From positions 1 through 37,263 of the forward strand of contig JAYTHT010000210.1 of assembly GCA_043732365.1 (NCBI GenBank): a stretch of 37,263 bases of DNA. Reading direction: 5' to 3'. Shown in pieces: positions 1 to 7,673 of the stretch. The position numbers were made by a program, and so were the translations under genes. Position 1 is the stretch's first letter; each line of letters opens with the position of its first letter. The notes under the pieces are model-generated. The model saw only the letters and a list, made by a program, of their open reading frames with translations, did no database searches and was not told the origin of the DNA. Origin of the DNA: Novosphingobium sp. (GTDB lineage Bacteria > Pseudomonadota > Alphaproteobacteria > Sphingomonadales > Sphingomonadaceae).

Positions 1-458
1 TGATCGGCAACCGCTTGTCGCTCCACCACGGCTTGGCGCAACGCGTGTCCAGTGATCTGATTGGTGGCATCGTCAATCGCCGGGCCCATCTGCTGGTCAT
101 AGGCCGCGATCATCCCCGGCGTGGCCAGCCTGGTCTGGCCATTCGCCTGGATTTTCGCCAATTCGTCCAGCGCTTGCGGCTGTGAAGCCACGGCGTCACC
201 GCCGTTCAGGCCAGCGTGCAGATCGACCAGGTTGGTCAGTGCTGCCCTGTCCTGCAAGGCGCGGGCGCGTCCGGCAGTGTCATCGGTGATCGCCTGAATG
301 GCAGAGTGCTGAGCTGAAAATTGGTTCAGAGTTGCACTGCCCAAGGCCAACGCGCGTCCAATGGTACTCCCCAACGGCGATGTCCCGGGCCCCAAAAATC
401 GGGCCTTGTACGCTTCGACCGGGTTCAGCGGTGCGATATAGGTTGGCGCGCGCATCAT
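1..458 (-). CDS. Phage internal virion/ejection protein (5' part only, truncated by the window edge)
   Basis: Not in the ORF track. ATGATG at 458-453 overlaps the upstream TGA. Frame is open to the edge: MMRAPTYIAPLNPVEAYKARFLGPG...DDTAGRARALQDRAALTNLVDLHAGLNGGDAV.... Position after the gp14-like gene suggests a gp15-like ejection protein. Confidence 0.65.
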   Translation of the reverse strand, partial: MMRAPTYIAPLNPVEAYKARFLGPGTSPLGSTIGRALALGSATLNQFSAQHSAIQAITDDTAGRARALQDRAALTNLVDLHAGLNGGDAVASQPQALDELAKIQANGQTRLATPGMIAAYDQQMGPAIDDATNQITGHALRQAVVERQAVAD

Positions 459-1042
459 AGCCCGATCCCCGCCTTGAACGGACCATACTGGCTGGCACCA
501 CCCAGCGCCGTGCTGAATGCGCCGGATCCCGACGAAGTCAATCCGCTGGCCATCCCCCCGCCCATTCCCCCGCCCATTCCCCCGCCCATCCCACCGCTCA
601 TCAAACTGGTGCCCAGATTGACCAGACCACCAACCAACGCGGTCGTGCCCCGATTGTTGGCTGCTGCGGCCTGGCCCAGATCATTTGCGACCGAGATGTC
701 TGATCCCATCAGGTTCTGGTTGCCTTGGGCATAAATGCGCGCCAGATTTTCTTGGCCCAGGATTTGTGTATCCTTCAGTGCATTGGCTGCGGTGCCATAA
801 CCGACCGCGTCGCCATTTGCCGCTGCCGTTAGATTCTGTTCGCCGCTGACCGCTGCCATTTGCCGGTACTGCTGCAACGCGGCGTCGCGCATGTTCTGCT
901 GGCCAATCTGGGCCGCGTTACTTTCTGCAGCGGCATTGGCGTCGGCCGCGGCAGCCTGGGCTTTGGCCTGGCCTATCGCGGAGGCCGTACTGATCCCGGT
1001 GCCGATGGCTCCAAGTCCTGCGGCGATAGCTGGCGCACACAT
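455..1042 (-). CDS. Internal virion protein B-like ejection protein (T7 gp14 positional analogue)
   Basis: MCAPAIAAGLGAIGTGIS N-terminus, Ala/Gly/Gln-rich, ATG in a TGATG overlap with the upstream gene, follows the gp13-like gene. Confidence 0.7.
   Translation of the reverse strand: MCAPAIAAGLGAIGTGISTASAIGQAKAQAAAADANAAAESNAAQIGQQNMRDAALQQYRQMAAVSGEQNLTAAANGDAVGYGTAANALKDTQILGQENLARIYAQGNQNLMGSDISVANDLGQAAAANNRGTTALVGGLVNLGTSLMSGGMGGGMGGGMGGGMASGLTSSGSGAFSTALGGASQYGPFKAGIGL
551..601. repeat. 4x 12-bp imperfect tandem repeat encoding MSGG-MGGG-MGGG-MGGG-M
   Basis: CATCCCCCCGCC / CATTCCCCCGCC / CATTCCCCCGCC / CATCCCACCGCT read directly. Confidence 0.9.
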
Positions 1043-1515
1043 CACATGATCTCCCGGATAAAACGCCGAAACGCGACAGAGCGCATGACGACAGGCTCAT
1101 TTTCCACAGTAAATCCCCAGTGTTCGAGCAAGCGAATCGCCTGCCGATTGTCCGAGGACACAAAATTGCGCAGGCGTGCGCCATGGTGATGCATGGCGGT
1201 GATCATCGCCGGGCCTTGTTCAATCAGCGCGCGGCCATGGCGGGCGACCAGGCCGCTACCTAAAAACCACGGGACAGCATCGCCGCCTGCAACGCTCTCG
1301 ACCACGACTCCGAACATTGCATGGGGTTCACCATCAACCAGCGCTGTCCATGTCTGCGCACTGGCAGCCAGGCCGTGGTGGAGGGCCTGGTTGGCGGTGC
1401 GACCCATCGCTTCGCATTCGATATGATCGATCGGGCGCAAACGACGCGCCAAGCTGGATACATGGCCATAATGGCCCGGTACCAGGCAGACCGACGACGG
1501 GTTCATGCGCGTCAT
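1042..1515 (-). CDS. T7 gp13-like / GNAT-like virion assembly protein
   Basis: LRPIDHIECEA...AMFGV...PWFLGS...LRNFVSSDNRQAIRLLEHWGF pattern typical of podophage gp13-like proteins. ATG at 1515 overlaps the tail B stop (ATGA). Confidence 0.75.
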   Translation of the reverse strand: MTRMNPSSVCLVPGHYGHVSSLARRLRPIDHIECEAMGRTANQALHHGLAASAQTWTALVDGEPHAMFGVVVESVAGGDAVPWFLGSGLVARHGRALIEQGPAMITAMHHHGARLRNFVSSDNRQAIRLLEHWGFTVENEPVVMRSVAFRRFIREIM

Positions 1516-3314
1516 CCGTCGATCACCGGATCGACCGCGACGCCGAGCAGGGTAAAGGGCATCGGCAGTGTCTGATTGATCCACACAGTGCATTCGGTGC
1601 GCACCTTGTTGTCCATCGTGACGATATACGTGCCGTCGAACAGCGCATCGGGATCGTCGGTCGGCAAAGGCCTGATGGGAAACAGATCCGCGCTGCCGAT
1701 CCCGGCATTGATGGGCCCGGTGTCGTGCAAAGTCAGCACCGCCTGCGCCGGGTTCTGCACACGTGCGATGTTTGACCCAGAGCCAGGCACTGTGATCCGC
1801 AACGGCAACGTCTCGACATCCACATCATAAGGTAACCCGAACGACACGTTCGATGCGGTGCCAATCGTGACCGGCAGCGTAACCGCGCCATTGGTTACGG
1901 TCAGCCCGGTGACGGGCACGCCGTCGACCAACCCAGCCACATTCGTACATCCCTCGAGATGCCACAGGCCTGAAAAGCTTGATTGTGGCGTGGTAAAACT
2001 CGCCGACACAGCGCAGTCGAGAAAACAGCATTCGAACGGCGCATCCCACAAATGCGATACCATCCGCTCGACGAGGGTCTGGGTCTGGCCCGCAATCGTC
2101 CGCTTGACCGTCAAATAAACCCGGTCCTCACCATTCTCGGTGATCGAACACACCGACTGGACGGTCCCTGCGGTCTCGCACATCGTCCAGCCCCAGACAT
2201 TCTGTTCCTGTTCCCAGGTAAAGCACAGCAATGCGCCGTCATCGCGCGCCGCCCAGATCAACGACCGGGGTTCCTGGCTGTAACACCACGAAACGATCGT
2301 ATGGCCCTCGAAGAAGTGCGGCGAAAAGATCGTGATATCGTTCGCGCGCAGTCCGTTGATCGCAAAGTCATAACCCAGGCTGCGGATCGAACAGCCAATC
2401 GACGGCACGTAAAAAACGACATTGTCGACCACCAGCGGCGGCAAACGCGCCGAACCGCGACCGACCTGGCGCTGGATCGCTGGCGGAATCGTCCCGTTAA
2501 GCGGTCCGCCACCGACAGTGCCGAGGATATCGAACACGCTGTCGCTGGTCAGCGCCAGCAGCGCCCTGGTCGATGTCAACTGGTTCACCGAATTGACCCG
2601 CCCAGCCATGATGGCAAAGCTCATGCCGTCATCGGCACGCAAGGGCGTCGAATAGTCCATATTCTCGATCAGCCCGGATTTTGAAGTCCAGATACCGTGC
2701 GGTACATTCGTCGATCGTGCCCAAATCGAACGCTGCTGAAACAGCGTTACGGTCGACGGATAATTGCCCGCTGTCGCAAACGGATTGTTGGCCAGCGGCG
2801 GCGCCTGATCATACGACGGACCGATATTGTCATCGATAAAGGTCACGCTCGTCGTCGTGCCAATATAGCCATAAAACTGCGTGTTGTTGGCTTTATAGAC
2901 TTTGTAACGCGTCGCGCCGGAAACCGCTGGCCACGCCAGACTGTTGTAATTACGTTTTAATGTCAGGTCGTTGTACGCGCTCGTAGTCAATGATGCGCGA
3001 CTTTCCTCGGTGGTATTGTCGTTCACCGCGGTGATGCAATATTTGGCCGTTTCGGGAAAAAAGTTCAGACCATTGTTGGCAGAATCCGTATCGGACACGG
3101 TGGCGCTCACACTGCAACTCGCGGGCGCCGCAATCGTCGGCGTGAACTGCACGGTCTGGAACGCCCAACTGGTATTGCTTGCGCGCACCAGCTTGGTGGG
3201 CGGATGGCTAAGATGCGCCAGGTAAAGGGTATCAGCGGTCTGTTCGTAATCGATATCGGCCAATTCGACGCCATTGTAGGGCGAACCGACCACACACACG
3301 CGAGAAGCTCCCAT
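1512..3314 (-). CDS. Tail tubular protein B (nozzle), C-terminal part, 600 aa
   Basis: SPYNGVELADIDYEQTADTLYLAH, YPSTVTLFQQR, YSQEPRSLIWAARDDG, FLDCA and PMPFTLLG motifs. Own RBS (GAAGGA) upstream of ATG 3314. The track start at 3884 gives a nonsense extension. Confidence 0.85.
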   Translation of the reverse strand: MGASRVCVVGSPYNGVELADIDYEQTADTLYLAHLSHPPTKLVRASNTSWAFQTVQFTPTIAAPASCSVSATVSDTDSANNGLNFFPETAKYCITAVNDNTTEESRASLTTSAYNDLTLKRNYNSLAWPAVSGATRYKVYKANNTQFYGYIGTTTSVTFIDDNIGPSYDQAPPLANNPFATAGNYPSTVTLFQQRSIWARSTNVPHGIWTSKSGLIENMDYSTPLRADDGMSFAIMAGRVNSVNQLTSTRALLALTSDSVFDILGTVGGGPLNGTIPPAIQRQVGRGSARLPPLVVDNVVFYVPSIGCSIRSLGYDFAINGLRANDITIFSPHFFEGHTIVSWCYSQEPRSLIWAARDDGALLCFTWEQEQNVWGWTMCETAGTVQSVCSITENGEDRVYLTVKRTIAGQTQTLVERMVSHLWDAPFECCFLDCAVSASFTTPQSSFSGLWHLEGCTNVAGLVDGVPVTGLTVTNGAVTLPVTIGTASNVSFGLPYDVDVETLPLRITVPGSGSNIARVQNPAQAVLTLHDTGPINAGIGSADLFPIRPLPTDDPDALFDGTYIVTMDNKVRTECTVWINQTLPMPFTLLGVAVDPVIDG

Positions 3315-3319
3315 CGGGT

Positions 3320-3964
3320 TCAATCCTTCAAACGATTTTGGCCAAGACCACCACCATACGATACGATCGGCACAGCGACCGTTGTGGCAGGGGGCGGGAC
3401 AGTTGGCACAGGCACAACGATCGGCGGTGACACATTTGCGGTTCCGCCGGTGCAGCCTGAAAAGGCCGGGCAACCGGACGTGTCGGCATTGATCGTCAGC
3501 GTGCTCGCATCGATCACTGCCATGACGGTCCAGGTGCGGTAATTCAGCACGGCGCCCATCCCGCCGGCGGCTCCATCGATATAGATCAGGTCGCCGACCG
3601 CAAAACCGTGAAACGCGATCGTCAATTGCGCATAGGAGGCATTGGCAATCGCGGTAATCGGCTGTGCAGCTTGGAGAATCCTGCCGCCGAGGGCTGATGG
3701 CACCATATAACCCTGGCCCATTTCCAAAATATACGTCTGGGTCAACGAAAATTGGAACGGAATTAACCGGGTTGGCACACTGGCGTTGATCACATTGCCG
3801 ACCAACCGGGTGCCTGGGCGCTTGGTCACGCCGCCGTATTTCATAACAATCACATTGCGCGCCTGACGCAGCGCCGACTGCCACGTGTCGACGTCAAACC
3901 GGCCATAAAGTTCCGGGGCAAGCTCACCCTTGCTGAAATTGACCTGTGGAATGCGCACCGTCAC
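3320..3964 (-). CDS. Tail tubular protein B, N-terminal part (with FCCH-like beta domain)
   Basis: QVNFSKGELAPELYGRFD...NVIVMKYGGVTKRPGT...RLIPFQFS is the usual N-terminus of this family. GTGA overlap with tail A. Confidence 0.85.
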   Translation of the reverse strand: MTVRIPQVNFSKGELAPELYGRFDVDTWQSALRQARNVIVMKYGGVTKRPGTRLVGNVINASVPTRLIPFQFSLTQTYILEMGQGYMVPSALGGRILQAAQPITAIANASYAQLTIAFHGFAVGDLIYIDGAAGGMGAVLNYRTWTVMAVIDASTLTINADTSGCPAFSGCTGGTANVSPPIVVPVPTVPPPATTVAVPIVSYGGGLGQNRLKD

Positions 3965-4602
3965 AAATCGCTCCCAATTCCGGCGCGCGCAAAGGCGGCT
4001 TCACTTATATAGCTGGCCGGTCGTCTGACCCGCTGGTTGTAATCCTCGGCGATTGCGCGCGCGCGGGCGAGTTCGGCGGCCGCGCCGACTTCGCGGGCAA
4101 GGCCGCTGTCCTTGCGGATCGGGATCGCGATGCGCGCTGCCAGTTCCAAGGCAAAAGCCCGCTTCACCAATGGTGGCAGCAATGTCGGATCGGTCAGTGT
4201 CGCGACATAGACCAGCGTTGCGCCGCACACATTGGCATAAATCAGGCCACCTTCATGCAGGAACGCCAGCGGAACGCTATCTTGCACCGGGAAAGGGTAT
4301 GGTCCGCCCTGCGGCAAATGACGGGCATCATCCTGCGCCTGGCGTATCGCCAACGGCCGGGCGCAGTTCGTCGGAACCCTATAGGCATCGGTCCATTCGG
4401 CCGGACGGTCATTGGCAGTTTCGGTCAGCGCGGCCCGCGCCACCGCCCAGCTCCAATCCGACCACAATGACACTTCGGCAAGCAAGGGCGCCGCAAAGCG
4501 GGTCACTTCGCGCGCTTCGATGGAATTGTCGGCCATGTCGGTGATCGGACCGGCGGCAATTTCGGCCAAGGCCATGTTGCAGATGTCGTCAAGCGTTGCC
4601 AT
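3961..4602 (-). CDS. Tail tubular protein A (T7 gp11-like adaptor)
   Basis: MATLDDICNMALAEI...WSWA...AYRVPTNC...LELAARIA pattern. AAAGGG RBS before ATG 4602. Confidence 0.8.
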   Translation of the reverse strand: MATLDDICNMALAEIAAGPITDMADNSIEAREVTRFAAPLLAEVSLWSDWSWAVARAALTETANDRPAEWTDAYRVPTNCARPLAIRQAQDDARHLPQGGPYPFPVQDSVPLAFLHEGGLIYANVCGATLVYVATLTDPTLLPPLVKRAFALELAARIAIPIRKDSGLAREVGAAAELARARAIAEDYNQRVRRPASYISEAAFARAGIGSDL

Positions 4603-4726
4603 GCCGGAATGCCCTTTCGGAAATGCGCGAATGGAGCGACCCGCTTGGGGTTCCACCGCTGGTCATCAGCCGAGACGATGCGGGTTGCCAAACCAGTCGG
4701 CACCCCGCATCCCTCTAACACAACGA

Positions 4727-4903
4727 TCATTTTGTAGGCGGAGCCGATGTGCGCCGTGCAGCTGTAGCCACCTCGGGCGGCGGTGTTTCCATGGGAATCC
4801 ATGCACGCCCAGGAACTTCTTCGCTGGTGAAGATATCGCCTTCCGCAATCAGCCGACACTCATTGCTCAGATAGATCGCTTCACTGGCGCGATAGCTTGG
4901 CAT
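4727..4903 (-). CDS. Small phage protein, 58 aa (below ORF-track cutoff)
   Basis: MPSYRASEAIYLSNECRLIAEGDIFTSEEVPGRAWIPMETPP.... ATG in a TGATG overlap with the cement gene stop; fills the operon gap. Confidence 0.7.
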   Translation of the reverse strand: MPSYRASEAIYLSNECRLIAEGDIFTSEEVPGRAWIPMETPPPEVATAARRTSAPPTK

Positions 4904-5340
4904 CAGATGGCACCGCTGGCGATGTTGGTCTGGCGGCTGGCAACAATCGCTGCGCTGATTGCACCTTGCGTCGCGGTCCCGATAACCGAGTAATACAGGC
5001 GCAGATACCGCGCAGGTGCGTTCTGCACGAGGTTTGGAACGCGGAACAGATATCCCGCAGCGAGTGACGCTGCAGCAATCGGCGCACCGGTGTCGACGCT
5101 CGTCCAGCTCACGTTGTCGGGCGATGTCTGCACCGACACCTGCAACGAAGTAAGGCCTGCAAAAACCTGGCTTACCGAAACCGACAGGTCGAGCCGGTCA
5201 CCCCGGCCGATATCGCGGACGAGTGGGTTCGTGGCCGCAAACGGCGTGCCGGTTGCGCCAAGGTCAATGGTGTTGGTGGATGGTGCCGAAACGGTCACCA
5301 GCTGCTGGTCGCTGAACACAAGCGTAGTGTCGATGATCAT
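4903..5340 (-). CDS. Bbp16-family capsid cement/decoration protein
   Basis: MIIDTTLVFSDQQ...STNTIDLG...RYLRLYYSV...GAISAAIV. AAGGA RBS; follows the MCP. Confidence 0.8.
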   Translation of the reverse strand: MIIDTTLVFSDQQLVTVSAPSTNTIDLGATGTPFAATNPLVRDIGRGDRLDLSVSVSQVFAGLTSLQVSVQTSPDNVSWTSVDTGAPIAAASLAAGYLFRVPNLVQNAPARYLRLYYSVIGTATQGAISAAIVASRQTNIASGAI

Positions 5341-5414
5341 AAAAGAATGTCCTTTTTGAAAGGTGACAGGATCACACGCGCGGCATACGATCCTGTCCAC
5401 CGCAGCAAATTTGG

Positions 5415-6431
5415 TTACGAAACCAGTGTCTCGGTGGTCAGCAGCGCGTCGGATTCGCGCACAGGAATGCCGCGCCAGGTCATCACTTCCTCGCCCTGGA
5501 TTTCCATCGGCGTCAGGCGCACAAAATTGTCGACGCCCGAACGGCTGTTGGTGCCTTCGGCGTCCAGCGCCTCGAGCAGGGTGCGGTTCATATAGATCAC
5601 GCTGCGACCCGGGCTGATCTGCCCTTCGGCTTCGACGCGATACGCACGGCGGCCCTGCAATTTGTAATAAGCGTGCCGCATTAGCGGGTTGAGTGCGACC
5701 GAACCGGCAAGCACACTGGGCACGTCGATATTGCAGACACGCGCGTTGTAACGCCAGTCCTTCACACACAGCCCGACATGCTGGGTGAACTTTTCCTCTT
5801 TGACATAAAACGGATTGCCGTTGCCATCGAGCACCCGCTGGCGGCCCATGTCCTCGCGCTGAATGCCGCCAGGGATGTGGTCGGGTACGACAATCGATGT
5901 TTGCGCGTCGCCGTGCGTGACAAACCAGATCGAGGTGTTGTTCGAACTTGTCGCGCCGGCGCTGACCACGTTGGGGTTCTGCAACGAATTGAAACGCGGC
6001 CCCATGCCGTGGAACTGTTTCCCGTTCACTTTGACATCGGAATACCAGATCGCGCTTTCAATGGTCTGGGCGATGGCTTCGAGAAAGCCCTGGCCTTCGA
6101 CCAGGCGCAGCTTGGCCGCTTCGGCTGGCTTGAGGTTGAGCAGGCGTTCATCGACGCTCGACAGGCCTTCGACAAAACCGGTGGTGTCTTTGACTTCGGT
6201 GTAATTGCCCTTGGATTGCGCAATACCCTGGTACAGCGCGCCCCACGAAACCGAAGGCAGGCCGGTGCGGATCGATGAACGGTGTTCGGTCCCGCTGTTG
6301 CAGTTGATGACGTTGGCATCTTTCATGAACGGCGTCAGCTGAGTCAGCGCTTCGACCACATCGCCGATGCCGTCGCTGCTGGATTTCAGAACGTCGATCA
6401 GGTTCCAGTACGTGCTGCCAAGAATGGCCAT
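5415..6431 (-). CDS. Major capsid protein (BPP-1/epsilon15-like)
   Basis: 338 aa with HRSSIRTGLPSVSW, NTSIWFV, GLCVKDWRYNARVCNID and WRGIPVRESDAL motifs. TAAGGAG RBS. Confidence 0.9.
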   Translation of the reverse strand: MAILGSTYWNLIDVLKSSSDGIGDVVEALTQLTPFMKDANVINCNSGTEHRSSIRTGLPSVSWGALYQGIAQSKGNYTEVKDTTGFVEGLSSVDERLLNLKPAEAAKLRLVEGQGFLEAIAQTIESAIWYSDVKVNGKQFHGMGPRFNSLQNPNVVSAGATSSNNTSIWFVTHGDAQTSIVVPDHIPGGIQREDMGRQRVLDGNGNPFYVKEEKFTQHVGLCVKDWRYNARVCNIDVPSVLAGSVALNPLMRHAYYKLQGRRAYRVEAEGQISPGRSVIYMNRTLLEALDAEGTNSRSGVDNFVRLTPMEIQGEEVMTWRGIPVRESDALLTTETLVS

Positions 6432-6433
6432 GC

Positions 6434-6520
6434 TTAGGTCTCCTTAGGGAATTCCCGCAAGACTGCGGGGACGGATGGCGCCGGCAAATGCGGGGGTAGA
6501 GGGCGCGATGCGGCCGGCAT
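6434..6520 (-). CDS. Putative 28-aa leader ORF upstream of the capsid gene
   Basis: AAGGAG, 6 nt, ATG, then MPAASRPLPPHLPAPSVPAVLREFPKET*. Stop lies 2 nt before the MCP ATG. Confidence 0.3.
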   Translation of the reverse strand: MPAASRPLPPHLPAPSVPAVLREFPKET

Positions 6521-6535
6521 CGTTCGCTCCTTGGG

Positions 6536-6576
6536 GCGTCGGTGCGCCCGCCTTGATCAGGCAGGCGCGCCGACGC
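6536..6576. other. Long GC-rich hairpin between scaffold and capsid genes
   Basis: GCGTCGGTGCGCC-C-GCCT-TGATC-AGGC-A-GGCGCGCCGACGC, about 17-bp stem with one mismatch; no U tract. Confidence 0.6.
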
Positions 6577-6612
6577 GTAATTTCAAATCAGCGTTGGGAT
6601 ACCTGAGGCGTG

Positions 6613-7314
6613 TCAGTGCCCATCGTCGGGATAAAGCCGTTCCCAGACCGGCCGCGTACGGTTGCTGGCGGTCATCGGACGGACAAGTCCGCCATCTTCA
6701 CCCACCAGTTCGCCCAGACGGCGGAACGCGCGGATCATATCGGGGTGATTGCCAAATCCACTGGCGTTCAGCGCATTGCGAAACGGATGCCCGTCGCCAT
6801 AACCCAACGCATCGAGTGCCTTTGCGGCAAAGTGCTCGGTCTCACCTCGCCGCGCGCCACCAATTTCGGGGTCAACCAGAAAGGCGTCGTACCATTCCTT
6901 TTTCTGGACGGCAGCAGCATCCTCGATCTGGCGCACCAGACTTTCCTGCGTGCGCGCCATGATATCGCGCGCCACCGGCATCAGCTTGTTGGCATCGTCG
7001 TTACTCAGCCCCAGATCGCGCAGCACGGGATCGGCGTTCCGCACCAGCGTCGGATCGATCGAAAACCCTTCGAGAGCGAGCGTGTAGCGATCGGGTACGA
7101 CAGGGGCAAAAGACGGGGTTTGCGATACGTCCACCATCAGCGTCGATGCGGTCGGTGGCAAAACGGTAGGCGCGGGTACGGTCGGCGTGCTGCCAGCGGC
7201 CAAAACCGTTGGCTGGTCCTGCACCGGCACAGCGGCGACATTCACCGGTGCGGGGCTAACCGGTATGGGGGAGCTCGTCATAACGGGCAACGTCGCGGGA
7301 ACGGCTTCGGTCAC
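6613..7314 (-). CDS. Capsid scaffolding protein
   Basis: Pro/Ala-rich N-terminus, PDRYTL, LGLSNDDANKL, DPEIGG, GFGNHPDMIRAF and terminal RLYP. Lies just upstream of the MCP; AAGGA RBS before GTG. Confidence 0.75.
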   Translation of the reverse strand: MTEAVPATLPVMTSSPIPVSPAPVNVAAVPVQDQPTVLAAGSTPTVPAPTVLPPTASTLMVDVSQTPSFAPVVPDRYTLALEGFSIDPTLVRNADPVLRDLGLSNDDANKLMPVARDIMARTQESLVRQIEDAAAVQKKEWYDAFLVDPEIGGARRGETEHFAAKALDALGYGDGHPFRNALNASGFGNHPDMIRAFRRLGELVGEDGGLVRPMTASNRTRPVWERLYPDDGH

Positions 7315-7600
7315 TTTGGCTTTCCTTGCAATTGAGCGCCTCTGTCAGGCATTGGCCAAGCGTTGTGATCCCGTCGGGATCACTGTGCCGCACGGCCTCG
7401 CTTTGGCCGGCGTGCACCATCATCAGCATGTCGAAACCTAGGGCCCGGCGGCCTTCGAGATGGCCCAGATCACGGGTGCCTGCGCTGCTGGCAGAAACGG
7501 TTTGCACCAGAATTCCCGAACTTTGGATCGCAACAAACAAAAACCGGCGAAATTCTGGCTGCGTCAGCAGGAACTCGGCATCTTTCGCTTCGAATGTCAT
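7256..7600 (-). CDS. Bbp19-like conserved phage protein
   Basis: LLTQPEFRRFLF...SGI...EGRRALG pattern; position right after the portal. Confidence 0.65.
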   Translation of the reverse strand: MTFEAKDAEFLLTQPEFRRFLFVAIQSSGILVQTVSASSAGTRDLGHLEGRRALGFDMLMMVHAGQSEAVRHSDPDGITTLGQCLTEALNCKESQSDRSRSRDVARYDELPHTG

Positions 7601-7673
7601 GCGCAAACCCCCAAAAATCATCTGCCGGTGCTGACTTCGAAACGCGCTCGTTCGCGAGTTTCGTCGCAGCGTC

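Noticed and set aside
3315-3884. N-terminal 190 aa of the 790-aa track ORF, or a programmed frameshift fusing the two tail B halves
   Set aside because: The extension is Arg/Cys-rich nonsense overlapping the real gene. No slippery site was recognised, and the downstream half has its own RBS and ATG.
5341-5769. N-terminal extension of the cement protein ORF
   Set aside because: Overlaps the capsid gene out of frame; a clear RBS and ATG lie at 5340.
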